NCBI GenBank assembly: GCA_965112735.1
Contig: OZ218961.1
Coordinates: 2,852,001-2,916,000, forward strand
DNA from: Phaeosaccion multiseriatum
Lineage: Eukaryota > Protista > Ochrophyta, other classes
DNA: 64,000 nt
Direction of reading: 5' to 3'
Position 1 is the stretch's first letter; each line of letters begins with the position of its first letter. Position numbers and translations under genes: made by a program. Below are positions 63,701 through 64,000 of the stretch, in pieces. The notes beneath the pieces were generated by a model that was not told where the DNA came from, made no database searches, and worked only from the letters and a program-made list of their open reading frames with translations.

Positions 63701-64000
63701 GTATTAGTATTAGTAGTAGTAGGAGTAGTAGAAGAAGAGGTGGTGGTAGTAGTAGTAGTAGTGGTAGTAGTAGGCCTCTCCCTCTCTCCCTCCCTCCCCC
63801 CCTCCCCCCGTCCCCGTGCCGGCTCTGACGTGTCTGACTGCCTGACTGTCTGCCACTCAGGTGCCCACCCGCTCGTCCAGCAACCAACGCTACGTGCCCG
63901 AGGTTGATCGCATAGTGCTGGGCGACAAGGTGACCCACAGAACATTCATCAGCACAGCAGGGGTACGCAAGACCGCCATCACCACAAGAGTCATGCAGTG
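62640..64000 (+). CDS. TOP6A: DNA topoisomerase VI subunit A (SPO11-3/TOP6A type), 5' part only
   Basis: SILAGKGFSYE|VPTRSSSNQRYVPEVDRIVLGDKVTHRTF...VRKTAITTRVMQ matches the plant SPO11-3/RHL2-type N-terminal region. Long charged N-terminal extension; continues past the window. Confidence 0.88.

Noticed and set aside
45222-64000. Meiotic DMC1 + SPO11 cluster
   Set aside because: The recombinase has RAD51-type residues, and the SPO11-family gene matches the non-meiotic TOP6A/SPO11-3 type.

Overview
Gene-dense, intron-rich eukaryotic nuclear DNA, most likely from a photosynthetic stramenopile (ochrophyte). Several genes carry heterokont-type bipartite signal+transit peptides with an 'xxA/S-F' motif, and cilium-linked WDR93 and Rab28 are present. 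I can build GT-AG gene models for 18 genes: DUF547 (3'-truncated), WDR93, eRF1, a 13.7-kb HPS5-like WD40/PDZ/RING-H2 gene, TTI2, LAS1, a DnaJ-type Zn-finger protein, a stand-alone Pol-beta 8-kDa/HhH protein, RagA, COX14-like, AlaX, a USP, a bacterial-type RNase HII, RAD51, Rab28, a CIA30/NAD(P)-binding protein, a Kir channel and TOP6A/SPO11-3 (3'-truncated). Sixteen of them form eight tight head-to-head pairs. Introns are filled with microsatellites, which generate most of the spurious ORFs in the six-frame track. Most notable observations: (1) a plastid-targeted RNase HII with intact catalytic residues but naturally altered junction-recognition residues (GRGP->GVSN, KGY->VGA), resembling the engineered RNase H2-RED mutant; (2) its divergent neighbour, a USP deubiquitinase with a plastid-type targeting leader; (3) a stand-alone Pol-beta lyase-like domain that keeps the K72-equivalent nucleophile; (4) introns bracketed by complementary repeats; (5) a dispersed CAG-associated motif read in several frames inside coding exons; (6) a MITE with perfect 30-bp TIRs and a 7-bp TSD about 100 bp upstream of TOP6A. 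All family assignments are by-eye motif recognition; no searches were run.
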